From: Hemiscyllium ocellatum | Lineage: Eukaryota | DNA length: 64,000 bases | Direction: 5' to 3' | Assembly (NCBI RefSeq): GCF_020745735.1 | Contig: NC_083410.1 | Location: 32,338,117-32,402,116, forward strand | In this document: positions 23,684-37,325 of the stretch, one piece after another | How positions within the stretch are numbered: position 1 is the first letter of the stretch | Layout of the letters: each line of letters starts with the position of its first letter | The notes under the pieces: model-generated | What the model was told of the DNA's origin: nothing | Database searches by the model: none | The model's input: only the letters and a program-made list of their open reading frames with translations | Position numbers and translations under genes: made by a program

Positions 23684-26600
23684 TAGAACAAAGAAAGGTA
23701 CAGCACAGAACAGACCCTTCAGCCCACGACGTTTTACCGAGGATTATTCCTAATCTAAAATAAAATAACCTAATCTACGCACCCTGCACTTCACTGCTGT
23801 CCATGTGCATGTCCAGCAGTCACTTAAATGTCTCTAATGACTCTGCTTCCACCACCACTGCTGGTAATGCATTTCATGCATTCACAACTCTCTGCGTAAA
23901 GAACCTATCTCTGAAGTCTTCTCTATCCCTTCCTCCTAATATCTTTAAACAATGACCCCTCATACCAGTCAATCCTGTCCTGGGGAAAAGTCTCTGGCTA
24001 TTAACTCTATCTATGCTTCTCATTACCTTGTACACCTCAATCAGGTCACCACTCTTCTTCCTTCTCTCCAGCAAGAAAAGTCCGAGATTAGTCAACCTCT
24101 CTTCATAAGACAAGCCCTCCAGTCCAGGCAGCATCTTGGTAAACCTCTTCAAAGCCTCCACATCTTTCCTATAATAGGGCAACCGGAAGTGGATGCAATA
24201 TTCCAAGTGTGGTCTCACCAGGGGCTTGTAGAGCTGTAGCAAAACCACATGGCTCTAAAACTTGATCCCCCTGCTAATGAAAACCAAAACACCATTTGCT
24301 TTCTTAACAACCCAATCCACTTGAGTGGCAACTTCGAAGGATCTATGCACTTGAACACAAAGATCCCTTTGTTCCTCTACACTGCCAAGAATCCTGTCTT
24401 TAATTCTATAAACAGCATTCGAATTCGACCTTCCAAAATGCATCACTTTGCATTTATCCAGGTTGAACTCCATCTGCCATTTCTCAGCTCAGCTCTGCAT
24501 CCTACATCACGCTGTAGCCTACAATAGCCTTCGATACAATCAATGGCACCTCCAACCTTTGTGTCATTGGCAAATTTATTAATCCACCCCTCAACCTCCT
24601 CATCCAAGTCAATTATAAAAACTACAAAGAGCAGAGGCCCAAGAACAGAGCCCTGCAGGACACCACTCACAACTGACCTCCAGACACAATACTTTCCATT
24701 TCCAACCACTCTTTGCCTTCTGTCAGCCAACCAATTCTGAATCCAGAGAGCCAAATTTCCCTGTATCCCATACCTCCTGACTTTATGAATGAGCCTACCA
24801 CAGGGAACCTTATCAAGTGCCTTACTGAAGTCCAAATATACCACATCCACTGCTTGACCTTCAATGACCTATCTCATCCTCTCCTCAAAGAACTCAATAA
24901 GATTTGTGAGGTATGACCTGCCCCTCACAAAGTCGTGCTGACTGCCTTTAATCATGCTATGCTTTTCCAAATTGTCATAAATCCTATTCCTTAGAATTAT
25001 TTCCAAAACCACAGATGTAAGGCCGACTGGTCTGTAATTGCCAGGGATTTCCCTATTCCCATTCTTGAAAAGAGGAACAATATTCGCCTCCCTCCAATCC
25101 TCCAGTACGACTTCTGTGGAGAGTGAGGAAGCAAAGATCTTCGCCAACAGCTTAGCAACCTCCTTTCTCACTTCCAGGATCAACCAAGGATAAATCTGGT
25201 CTGGCCCTAGGAACGTATCAATCTTAATGTTTGCCAAAATTTCCAGCTCATCAACTTCATCAATCTTGATCTGTTCAAGCCTGTTTCCCAGCTCCTCAAA
25301 GTTCTCAATCACAGCAAGGTCCCTTTCCTTTGTGAAAACCGAAACAAAAAACTCATTTAGGGCTTCCCCTATCTGCTCTGACTCCACGCACAAGTTCCCT
25401 ACACTATCCCTGACCAGCCCTACCTTCTCCCTGATCATTCTCTTATTCCTCATGTCCATAATCCTTCCTGCCAAGCCTTTTTCATGCCCTTCCTGGCTCT
25501 CCTCAGTCCATTTCTGAGCTCCTTTCTAGTAAGTCTTTAATCCTGTAAAGCTGTGCTAGATCCTTGCTTCCTCCACCTTATGTAAGCTGCCTTCTTCCTT
25601 TTGATGAGAAGCTCCTCTGATCTCGTCATCCAAGGCTCCTTAACCTTTCTACTTCTTGCCTGTCTCAGAGGAACAAATTTGTGCATCACTTGCAACAACT
25701 GCTCCTTAAACAATCTCCTCATGTCAGTTCTGCCTTTCTGTGGAACAATTGCTCCCAATCTGTACTTCCTAACTCATGTCTGATAGCATCATAATTTGCT
25801 TTTCCTCAATTAAATATCTTCCTTTGGTAACTGCTCCTTTCCCTCTCCAAGGCTATGTTAAATGTGAGGCAGTTGTGGTCACTGTCACCAAAGTGTTCTC
25901 CCACTGTGAGATCTGGCACCTGTCCTGGCTCATTTCCGAGCACCAAATCCAAAATGGCCTCTCTCCTTGTCGGCCTGTATACATACTAAGTAAGGAAACC
26001 CTTCTGAACACACCTGACAAAAATGGCTCCATCCAAACCCATCTGCACTAAGGAGATTCCAGTCGATATTGGGAAAGTTGAAGTCACCCAAAACAACAAG
26101 CCTGCGACATCTGCATTTTTCCAAAATCTGCCGGCCTATGAGTTCTTCAATCTCCCTACTGCTATTGGAGGTCTGTAGAAAACCCCCAATGAGGGGGCTG
26201 CTCCCTTGCTGTTCCTAATTTCCACCCATGCTGACTCAGTAGACAAACCTTCCTCAACAACCTTTGTTTCTGTCGCTCTCTGATTAACAATGCTGCACAC
26301 CCTCCTCTTTTTCCACCCTCCTGTTCTTTTTAAACATTCTAAACCCTGGAATATCTAGCAATCATTCCTGCTCCTTTGAAACCCATGTCTCCGTTATGGC
26401 CACAACATCATAGTCCCACGATCCATGCTCTAAGTTCATCACTCTTATTTCTGACACGCCTTGCATTAAAGCAGTCACACTTTAACCGATCCCTTTGTTC
26501 CACCACATGAAAAACCTTCCTGATTGATTCACTACACCCTGTCACTTCCCCATATCTAACTATCCCCCCCTCAGCTTTGAAGCTCCCACCCCCTGCCAAA

Positions 26601-28215
26601 CTAATTCAAACCCTTCCGAACCACACAAGCAAATCTCCCACCTAGGACATTTGTGCACCTCCAATTCAGGTGCAACCCGTCCTTCATGTACAGGTCCCAC
26701 CTTTACCAGAAGGCATCCCAATGGTCTAAATATCTGAAGCCCTCCCTCCTGCACGAGCCTTGCAGCCAGGTGTTAAGCTGCATTCGCTGACTGTTCCTCA
26801 CCTCACTATCTCATGGCACCAGTAGCAGACCTGAGATCACTACCCTACTCGTGCTGCTCTTCAGCTTCCAACCTAGCCCTCTGTGGTCACTTTTCAGATC
26901 CTCAATGCCTTTCCCGGCTGTATCATTGGTGCTAATATGTACCACGATTTCTGGCTGCTCGCCCTCCTCCTTCAGAATCCTGTAAACTCGATCGGTGACA
27001 TCCTGGACCCTGGCACCGGGGAGGCAACATACCTTCTAGGAGTCCTGTTCCTGACCATAAAATCTCCTATCAATCCATCTAATTATTGAGTCCCCTACCA
27101 CTAGTGCTTTTCTATTCTCCTCCCTTCTCTTCTCAGCCTGAATAGACAATAGACAATAGGTGCAGGGATAGGCCATTCTGCCCCTCAAGCCTGCACCACC
27201 ATTCAATATGATCATGGCTGATCATCCTTAATTAGTAACCTATCCCTGCCTGATCTCCATAACCCTTGATTTCACTCTCCTTGAGAGCTCTATCCAACTC
27301 TTTCTTAAATGAAAGAGGGCCTCCACTGCCCTCTGGGCCAGAGCATTCCACACAGCCACCACTCTCTGGGTGAAGAAGTTTCTCCTCATCTCTGTCCTAA
27401 ATGGTCTACCCTGTATTTTTCCGCTGTGTCCTCTGGTTCGGCACTCACCCATCAGCGGAAACATGATTCCTGCCTCCAGAGTGTCCAATCCTCAGTGCCA
27501 GAGACCAGACAACTATGGCTTTCCCCTGATAGGCCATCCCCACCAGCAGTATCCAAAATGCTATACTTATTGCTGAGGGGAACAGTCACAGGGGATCACT
27601 GCTCTGTCCGTCGGTTCCCTTTCCTCCCTTGACTGTAAGCCAGCTGTCCTTATCCGGTATCTGAGGAGTGAACACCTCCCTGTACATCCTCTCAATTTTC
27701 CCCTCAGCCTCCCGGATGATCCTCAGTTCGTCCAGCTCCTGCTCCAGTTCCCTAACTCGGTTTTTGAGGAGCTGGAGCTGGGTGCACTTCCCCCAGATGT
27801 GGTCGGCAGAGACATATGTCATGTCTCTCACCTGCTACATTCTGCAGGAGGAACATGCAGCTTCCCTAAACAGTGGTTTTCTGCTAATCTGAAAGCCCAC
27901 ACAGGACTAAACTAGGAAGAGAAGAAAAGAAAAAAAAAAGAGAAAATCTGAAAACTTACCAAGTTTACAGACTCTTACTAAGATTAGAGGAGGTGGGTGA
28001 GAGAGATGCCCTATGGTATAGGGTCCCAGGTTTAGATCTCATCCACTTAAAAACTTCCTGGCAGCTCTCATTTCTCTCCATCCTCTCTCCTCACTGCTCT
28101 TTTCAAAATGGAGGCCCGACTCTCGAGCTAAGTCCCTCTTTAAGTTGGAAAAACTGACCTATCCGACATTCTCCTCTGCCCTCTCTCCTCACCACTCTGT
28201 TCAGAAAATGTGCAG
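23684..28215 (-). mobile_element. Near-full-length CR1 LINE (5'UTR, ORF1 zinc-finger/coiled-coil/esterase, ORF2 APE+RT), decayed
   Basis: ORF1 GKCTQLQLLKNRVRELEQELDELR; APE CFNARRVRNK and VVLGDFNFPNIDW; RT YLDFSKALDKV, QGSVLGPLLF, KFANDTK; possible 6-bp TSD GGAGTA at 23678-23683 and 28216-28221. Confidence 0.93.
27142..27492 (-). mobile_element. 3' end of a different CR1 subfamily nested in ORF1 of the host CR1
   Basis: RTRGHSGKIQGRPFRTEMRRNFFTQRVV; (CTATTGT)n tail. Confidence 0.9.
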
Positions 28216-28857
28216 GGAGTACCTGCACATAGATTTTAATAGATCTCTCAGACCACTTCAAGTATAATTGAATAACACTTAGTCAAAAACAATTGAGGAA
28301 GAAGGTTAGTTTCAAATCGCTGAAGTACTATTGTTAGCTCAGAGGGAGCTATGGTCTCAGTGAAGCTGCGGGAGCAGTGTGGTAACTCTGTGCAAGTGGA
28401 GCTTGGAGAATTCTTGGAGCATTTATCATCCCATTAGAGCAGAAATCATGCTGTGTCTCAGCAAACAAGTGTTGGGCAAGGGCAAATCTGTAAGCATAAG
28501 TGATTTATTTGTGAAGCTCTTGGTGCAAAGGAATGGCCAGGAGCAGTGTAGTTTTGCTTAGCATAACTAGAAAGCTGGAACTGTGGTAATGAATAAGTAC
28601 TGAAGTGTAAGCTTCTGAATTCAGTTGAACACAGTCTCAAGAGAAGAGATTGAGCAACTGGGTAGTGATCAGTCTTTGATACAGCCTGAGTTAGAGACAT
28701 GATGAGGGAAATCTGATGCTAGACCATTGAAAGAGAGAAGACTTCATGAGGGAGACAAGAGTTTTAAATAAATTTTGTGACTCAGAGATCCCTCCCATCT
28801 GGGTGGGTTGCTAAGAAATTTATGGGGTCTGAATTGGTTGTATCTATCGCTTATAGA

Positions 28858-29175
28858 TTGCATGATGGCTCACTACTGCACCACAGCACCAGGAACCCAG
28901 GTTTGATTCCAGCCTTGGGTGATTGTCTGTGTGGAATTCACACATCTTCCCTGTTTCTGTGTGGGTTTCTTCCAGGCTTTCTTCCCACAGTCCAAAGGTG
29001 AGCAGGTTAGGTGGATTTGCCATGCTAAATTGTCTATAGTATCCAGGGGTGTGTAGGCTAGGTTGATTAGCCATGGTAAACCATGGTGGGGGATGCAGAG
29101 ATAGAGATGCTCTTCAGAGAACAGTGCAGACTCAATGGGCCGAATGGTATCTTTGTGCGCTATAGGGATTCAATG
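28858..29175 (+). mobile_element. HE1-related SINE
   Basis: B-box-like GTTTGATTCC, HE1 core, GGGATTCAATG tail. Confidence 0.8.
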
Positions 29176-29559
29176 TACAGTTTATGATGTGTTTGACACA
29201 TTTACCTGTTAATTCATGTTTAACTTTGAGGTAATGAGACACTTTGTTGACATTGTACAGAGAAAAATCTTGTAATTGTTTAAAATTGTACAATTTCATG
29301 GCTTTTTTCTCCTAGTAAGTCACTGGGATGTCAAATTTTGACTACTTTAACTAAAAATAACTGGTTGCTAACCAGATCGGAATAAAGCTGGGGCCTTGTT
29401 TGGAGCCATAAACAAATTTGATCGACTAGTCTGGGATTAAAAACAACGTTAATTATCTGGAATACTCCCAACCAATCAGCAGCAAATATGAGCTCAACCA
29501 ATAATTTAAAATCTGAGGTCAGTGAATCTTTGCTAGCCTTGAACATTAGACAGCTAGGC

Positions 29560-29885
29560 TGAGGGGTGGCAATTGCTTCATGATAATATCACTGAACTAT
29601 TAATCCAGAGATTTTGGGCACCTGGGTTAAAAACCTGCCAAGGCAAATAGTGGAAGTGAATTCAATCAAACAAATCTGGGATTAAAGGTCTAATGATGAC
29701 GATAAAACTATTATTGATTGTTGGAAAAACCCATGTAGTTCACTAATGTTAGTTAGGAGAGGAAACTGCCTTCCTTACCTGCCCTGGTGTGAATGTGACT
29801 CCTGACTCATGGCAATGTGGTCAACTCGTAACTGGAATCTGAGCAATAGATGGTGACCTAACCAAAGTGCCCATATTCCATGGGT
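29560..29885 (+). mobile_element. Second SINE family copy
   Basis: Reverse complement of the 14795-15118 blocks. Confidence 0.7.
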
Positions 29886-29974
29886 TTTTTAAAATATCCA
29901 AGGATGGATTAATAATACAGATCGGCCATGATAATCTTGGTTATACTCCTGTTCTTTCATCTTAGAAGATAGGT

Positions 29975-30800
29975 GCTCATCATTGAGCTTGGTTATGCAG
30001 GGTGCAGCACTTATCTGGAAATCTTATCCAATGCATACTGGAGTGCCCCTCCTGAGCAGTCTAGGCAACAGAAGTACATCTTCAGAAGACAGATCATCTG
30101 TTCAATGATGACCAGAGTAGGTGCATGGGCAGCCTTTTGGTGCTGTTCAGTCTCACTCTGAGGGTGTACGGTGGGGTCATTAGCCATGCCATCTGCGGCA
30201 TCCCCATCATTCATGAACCAGCTCAGGAGTTGAAGCAGGGGGAGTGAGCATTTAAGAAATCTGGGACTTTTACAGAATGCAAATATCGCAACAGTTCCCT
30301 GGAAAGTGGATGCATACCTTCAGGATTTCTTGCTTGTGATCACAAACAAGTTGAATGTTAAGATAGTGAAATCATTTTCTATTCAGAAATCAGGCTGGAT
30401 GACGACATGGAACTCAGAGCATCACATGCGAGCAATCAATGACTGTTTGTACATGAGGGAACTGAGTGATATCCGAACATCCAAAGGCTGTCTGGGGTCT
30501 GTGGTGAACAGGACAAACTGTATTGCTTTGTTGTATTGCAAACTATAAAAGGCAACAGTTTATGCAGAAATGCACTTGAGCCAGTTGGGATTGTGCACAC
30601 AAGTTCCTCGGTTAAGGTTTGAATGGAGTTGGTAGTTAGGAAGTTCATGCTACTGTGATCTTCCATGCCACAAGTATTGTGTGGTTGCATATCTGCCTGC
30701 AGGAGGCAGCATATATGTGATCACTTCACTAGTCATGAGAAAATGCTGGCATTACTGCCTTTGACTTATCTGCAAGTAATTACAATAACTTCAGAATGTC
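29975..30800 (-). mobile_element. PIF/Harbinger DDE transposase fossil
   Basis: Minus strand FPHVQTVIDCSHV (IDCSH at 30426-30440), LNRK*FHYLNIQLVCDH..FPG, and HAPTLVIIEQMICLLKMYFCCLDCSGGALQY (ORF 30011-30214), in canonical HARBI1-type order. Confidence 0.85.
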
Positions 30801-32159
30801 CTATCTCAGTAGAGTACTCAACAAAGCTGAAGACCCTGGTTTCCCACTTCAAACACTGCTTGCTCAACCACAGCTGTAGGCCACTAAGACTCATGGTTTT
30901 GTTGGCACTGGTTATCCTTTTTTCTCCTCTTCTTCACCATTCTCCTGCCTTTTCTTAACCTCATTAAAGCTAATATAATTTTGGGGTTATGTTTGTCAGA
31001 CATTTAACATGGAAATACTGATTTGTGAAGAAATAACAAAGAATGAGATGTATACTACAAAATGGCAAATGCTGGAGAAACTCAGCAGGTCTGTGGAGAG
31101 AGAAACAGTTAACTTTTCTAGGCTTATATAACTCTTCTTCTTCTACTCTTTTGTCATTATCAGACTTTTTGTTCTTGACCTAAAGTCTGTCCTACATCTA
31201 TCTTTACATGGTGACTGGTTTTTGCCTTCCTGTGGGTGCCTTATTCAAGATATTTGTAGCCTTGATCTTTACATGTCTTCCCATGCATGTGACAATTAAC
31301 ACAACCTGACTTCTTGTGGCTTTCATTATCTCCTGTGATACAGTATCATGAACTTGGAATTTACAGTCTGCATAACTGTTATATCCCTACATCCTTAATT
31401 TTGAAATACACAAGCCAGTGAATGTTCCTGTGAGGCTGAATGTGGAATAATCCCCTCAGCACTATCACTACTGTTGGCAATTCTTAGGTATCCTACATAT
31501 CAATGGTTAGAGAGTCATAGGACATAGTTGGGATGTTGGCATTTCAAGCTACAAGAGCTTATTTACTGTTATTCAGCTGTGAAAGCTTCCCTTCAATGCA
31601 AAACCATTAACCAATTGCTCACACAACAGCATTGTTTGTTTTTTGTTTGAATTCCCTCAGTTAGGTGTGTTCATGTTGTACAGGAATATGTGCAAATATG
31701 ACTGGGTCCCCTTGCATTTGCACTGTGCATTCTCTGAGTGGCCTTATTTGTGTAAAAAGGTGGTTATAAATTTTTCTTTTGACTTTTTCACCCGCCTTAC
31801 CCCCCTCCACTCCACCTCAACGTTTTCAATATACTTCCAGTGACCTAACAGCCACATCATTTAAGTTTCATGCCCTATTATTTGTTTTCATCCAGTTTAC
31901 CTTTTTGTGAATCTTTTCCATTGGACCCCCTACCCCACCTTATCTCTTCAACACCCTTTTCTTTTCACAAACCTTTTTGGTGGTCCACTACCTGCCTACC
32001 CAAGTCAAGTTTGCTGGCATCAGAGAGTGTGGCTGCTTCGTTTGGGTAGCCTGTTGACCAGGTCAGTCTTTACAATGTAAACTGATGTTTATTTATGAAG
32101 GAGTTAAATAATGGAGCCTAAGGGAAGAAATCTACTACAACTGAAATGTTTTTGAGAAC

Positions 32160-33590
32160 AAAGAGCTAAGAATAGGACTGCACAGCACCAGGCCCTTCAG
32201 TCCAGCAAGACTGCTTTGATATAAGATGCCTTTCAAAGCTAAAAACTTATTGCCTCTATGCAGTCTGGGTTCCTCTTTCTGTCAAGATGCCTCTCAAACA
32301 TTGCAACTGTGTCCTCCACCACCTCTTCTGGCAGTGCATTCCAGCCACTTACCAAGCTCGTGCAGAAAACTTGCCAGTCACGCTCCTTTCAACTTATTCC
32401 CTTAAACCTACGTTCCCTAGTAATTCACATTTCTACTCTGGGAAACAGGCTCTGACTATCCATTCTATACATGCCTCTCATAATGTTCTAAACTTCCATC
32501 AGTTGGCCTCTCATCCTTCAACGTTCAAATGAAAACAAACCAAATTTGTCCAATCTCTCCTCATAGCTCATACCCTCTAAACCAGGCAACATCCCGGTCT
32601 CGTTTTGTACCGTCTCCAAAGCCTCTACATCCTTCTGGTATTGTAGTGATTAGAACTGCACATAATATTCCAAAAGTAGCCTATTTAAAGTTCTGTACAA
32701 CTGGAACATGACTTAGTAATTTTTAGATTCTGTGCACCCAAGTGATGAAGGCAAGCATGCCGTAATTTGGAGGAGCTGGTGTTGGACTGCAGTGTACAAA
32801 GTTAAAAATCACACAATACCAGGTTATAGTCCAACAGGTTTACTTGGAAGGACAACCTTCAGAGCACTGCTCCTTCATCAGGTGGTTGTGGAGTATAAGA
32901 TCGTAAGACACAGAATTTATAGCGAAAGTTTACAGTGTGATGTAACTGAAATTTTATATTGAAGAAGACCTGGAAGCATACCATATGCTTTTTGACCACC
33001 TTTCTATTTGTGTTGCCACTTTGAGGCAACTGTGGACCTGTACGCCTAGATCCCTCTGTATCCTGATACTATTAAGGTTCTGCCATTTATTGTGTACTTC
33101 CCTCCTGCATTAGATCTTCCAAAATGCATCATCTTGAATTTGTTCAAATTATACTCCATCTGCTGTTTCTCCACCCAAGACTCCAGCCTGTCCATATCCT
33201 GCTGTATCCTCTAGCACCCTCTTCACTATCCACAGCTCCCCCAATCTTTATGTTGTCTGCAAATTTACTAATCAGGCCATCTACATGCCCTTGTCAAAGG
33301 CCTTGCTAAAGTCCATATTAACAACATCTAGTCCCTGCCCTCATCAATCATCTTTGTCACTTCCTTAAAAAACTCAATCAAGTTTGTGGGACATCACCTT
33401 CCCCATACAAGGTCATGCTACCTCTTGCTATTAAATCCATACTTTCCAAATGTGAGTATATCCTATCCCCAAGAATCTCCTCCAATAATTTCCCTAACAT
33501 TGATGTAAGCTTCCTCAAATATCCCTGTTGCCCTTCCTAAACAAAAGAACACTAGCTATTCTCCAGCATTTTGGGGCCTCACTTGTGACT
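32160..33590 (-). mobile_element. Decayed CR1 LINE 3' half
   Basis: Antisense CR1 signatures (CACCACCTCTTCTGGCAG, AATATTCCAA, TCTGCAAATTTACTAAT, AAACTCAATCAAGTTTGT). Confidence 0.85.
32765..32972 (-). mobile_element. Penelope-derived short element (second family) with a degenerate hammerhead, nested in CR1
   Basis: Minus strand CTGATGA-AGGAGC AGT GCTCT-GAAG (CTGATGA at 32875-32881); flanking AAGCATRCCRTA duplication; homologous to 40183-40307 and 61771-61933. Confidence 0.7.
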
Positions 33591-36169
33591 GAAGAACTTA
33601 TCAGTTAAACTCAACCATCAGGAAACTGCATCTAATTTAGTTTCTTTGCTTTCTCTTCTAAAAGCTCCAGTTGGGCCTAGAAGATTCTACCCAGTGCTGT
33701 AGATTCAGACTTTTGAAGTACCCTCTATTTGTGATTATGAGATCTTTTGGTAGTTTCCACGCCCACACATTTGATGCGGTGTATTTCATTGATAGAAAAG
33801 GAGGTGAATCCTGTTCCCTCTGTGGAAAATTTACTGTGTTGAAACCTGTGTATTTTACACCCAGAAACTGCATCGTGTGGCATCACTCTGAATGTACTGT
33901 AGGCTCAATGACTCCGATCAAACAGCTTATATTCTATGCTGATACAAAATATTTTGCTACTGTAGCCTGTGTGCTTTATTTTGCAAATGTTTTGATTTGA
34001 AATGGTCAACACACACATACATACATATATGTATGTCCAGCTCCTGACATTATAAATTAGCATTTCAGATAATCCATTTTCATAGCATATCGATCAAATA
34101 CTTTTTAAAAATGTGAATTGACCCAGAACAATTTCCTTCCTGAATGTTTTATCCATTTGTTCCCTATTCTGTGGTGAGAGACATTTTTCAAACCTTTCTC
34201 TGGCTCGTGAATTTTGTATTTACTTCTTTCGGTCTTAAATAGCTGGCTTGCTTCAACATTTCATCTTTTCTTTTCAAGGGAGCAAAAGATATGTTTGACA
34301 CAAAAGAGGTATAGGCTGAGCATTCTGGAGTGCAATAAATGAACAATTTGATTAGGTTGATGCTTGTCATGTGGACTATGCGAGAGACTCCACTGTATGA
34401 GGATTATCATTGAATTGTTGGCTAAGTGCATCAATTACCAATAGTTGATCCTGACATTTGGTTTCAAAATGTTCTTTTTCTGCATCTGTCTCTATCTCTG
34501 CCTCTATACCACATCTTTTCCATACTCTCTCTTTCTTTCTCCCTCCCCACCTCTTTTTCTCAGTCCTACAATGTAGAAACCGCAGAAAAAGATTGTTTTA
34601 AGTAATTATTTAGGGCAAAGCAATTCTTAATTGTTCATTTCATACATCTGCAATGAACAAGCACGTGTGGGCTTTGTTCTAATTTTTTAACAGCTGACAA
34701 ATCAAAGATGTGCCTACATCAACATCAATTGCATTTCAAATACTGCACATTAAAAAAGTTGAAATGGAAGATCAGACTAAATGAGTCTCAGAAAGAATTG
34801 ATTAAGTTTAAATTGATTCACAACATGATGAAATGTATTCTTTATCCTAGTTATTCAAAGCAATCATTAGGGGTTTTCAAGTTTTGTAAGAACTGTACTC
34901 AAAGATATTTTATAATTGTTGGTTTGATTGTAGAGTAATTACACTTTACAAACACTGCTGAAGCTAGCATACTCTGCTGGAGATCAGTCTGAACTCCAGC
35001 TCACAGTGTGTGGCGATGTTGTTATAGGTCTGCTTTCCAAGTGATGTGAGTGGCATGTCTGTTTTTAAATACCTTGAGAAGTGCCATCCGAGTAGTAATC
35101 AGTAGATTTCCCCATCCTACAGATGGCAGGTACACTGGCTGTTGGAGAACTATAACATACAAACTACAGGTGAGTCCAGAGTTAGCTAGTCTCGGCCACG
35201 ACGATGATAGGGCACAATTGTTTCAGCTCAGCATCCTGAACCAAAAAGAGAAATTAAGCAATATTGTTTCTCCTTGTCACTATTCTGGGATTCTTCCTGG
35301 AATAGTATCAGTGTGTCAGCTAAGGTCAGGTTAGAGCTTGATTGCAATGTCTCACAGTTGAATAGTTCACTAATACTTATTGCCGAGAATCACAGATGGA
35401 AAATGGCCTCATGTGTAAAACTATTGTTAACAGTATAAAGCATAATGTGATGAGGTGTTGGCATTTTTAGGAGATTTGATTTACATCAAAGGTAAACGGA
35501 GAGAAAAAAAGGATTCTTGCCTCTGGCAGATGAAGGACCCTGCTTGAAATAAGTTTTTAATTCAAACACACGCAAACCGACATTACAAATTTTGACACTA
35601 ATTGTCAGTGTCACTCAGGTCACAGGATTAATGTGTGGAAAATAGCAATTGGTATGAGTTTGCCTCCAAAAGAGTGTTTTACTTGATGCAGCTCCTGTAA
35701 CATAAGAAACTGGGTATGAATATCATGGTATTGAAGACTGCAACAGACATTGATTACAACTAACTATTATGTAGAAATATTACATTCCTCGGGGACATGT
35801 GTACCTTAGGCTAGTAGGTTATAACAGAAGAGAATGCATCCATCAGCATGTAGTGATATAAGTGACCTGAGGTGATCAGTAAGTTTTGCATGAGTAGTTA
35901 GGAGACAGCACATCCTGATGAAGACAGACAGTGAATGTGTGTTTCTGTGCATTTGGAGCAAAGTGGGAATTCAATGCAGAGGGGAAGAGATGTATTTTGG
36001 GGTTTTTTTTGTGTTTAATAGTTTGTAAGGATTATATCAAGGACTAGGGAATGAGTTAATGATATTATTTGATATTAAGCATCTGCCAAAAGGTTTAATT
36101 TAAAGGGGTAAGCAGGGAAGGTTAAAGCAATAGTATGCAAAGTGCCATAGAATATTTTATATCACTTGA

Positions 36170-36335
36170 GAGAGCAGACGGGAGCTTCAATTTAATGCCT
36201 CATGAAATATGGCATTTCTAATAGTGCAGCACTGCTTCAATAGTGCACTTGAGTGTTAACCTGGATGTCTATGCTCAAATCTGTTGAACATACAATTTTC
36301 TAATTCAGAGGCAACAACGATATCAACTGAGCAAT
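36170..36335 (-). mobile_element. DeuSINE (SacSINE1-like) fragment
   Basis: Reverse-complement match to 41500-41680 (AGTGCAGCACT..AGTGCACT..TGCTCAA..TCAGAGGC). Confidence 0.55.
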
Positions 36336-36679
36336 CGGAGTACCCTAATTAAAATGTTCTGGTCGACTATCAGTTTTCTGAATAATCATTTGTTGAATCT
36401 GTTAATAATAACAGAATAATAATCTGTTGAAACAGCTCTGAATTTTCTTATAACCTCCAGAGTATATAAAGGTCATTACTTTATGTTTCTGCCACTAGAG
36501 TTATTCATCTATTTTGATTTTTTAAATTTAGTTAATATTTCCTTGTTTTCTCTTATATACTTAGTCTTGGTCTTCTTTGCTGCAATGTCCACTTCACTGT
36601 CCACAAGCTCCCACAGAAATGGAGCTAATCTACTGAGCAAACAGGAACCTATTCAACCTTCACGTCCATAGTCAGATCC

Positions 36680-37325
36680 AAGGTCATCTTATACTCTATC
36701 ATTGACAGATACTTGCACGTGCTCACACTCAGAGGTCAAGCTCTAACCATCGTCAACTCTTTCACCGAGTTAAATGAGAGCATAGGCCTCACATTAAACA
36801 TTCACCAGCCCAACCAAGTTGCACTGTTTCCCCAGTTATAAAGATCTACAGCAAGGTTGTGGGAGTCGACTGTCAACAAAGACAGACATCAACAATGAAT
36901 TTCAACACCACCTTCTGTGTGTCAGTGCAACCTTCGGTCACCTGAAGCAGGGTGATTTTGAAGACATAAAGCCCAGCTTCAAGCAATCATGGTCTAAAGA
37001 ATAGCAATGATACCCACCATCCTATATGGCTTAGAGATGTGGATTATGTACACAGGACCCTCACAATTGTGGAGAAGTACCACCAGTACTGGCTCTGCAA
37101 GGTCTTGCAAATCCATTGGGAGGATAGATACAATGATGTTAGTGCTCTCAGTCAGACCAAGGTTCCCAGCAGTGAATTAATGACCATGTTCTATCAGCTC
37201 CACATTGTCAGTATGCCTAATATGAGATTGCCGTAATAAACACTTTATTCAGAGCTTCAACACAGCTAGTGAGCTCCAGGAGATCTGAGAAAATGCCTCA
37301 AAGCCTTATCCAAAAAGTGCAAAAT
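36680..37325 (+). mobile_element. RTE-clade LINE C-terminal fragment, decayed
   Basis: IPTILYGLEMW and EKYHQYWLCKVLQIHWEDRYNDVSALSQ match the RTE C-terminal consensus LLYGSETW..LE.FHQRCLR.IL.I.W.D. Confidence 0.75.
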
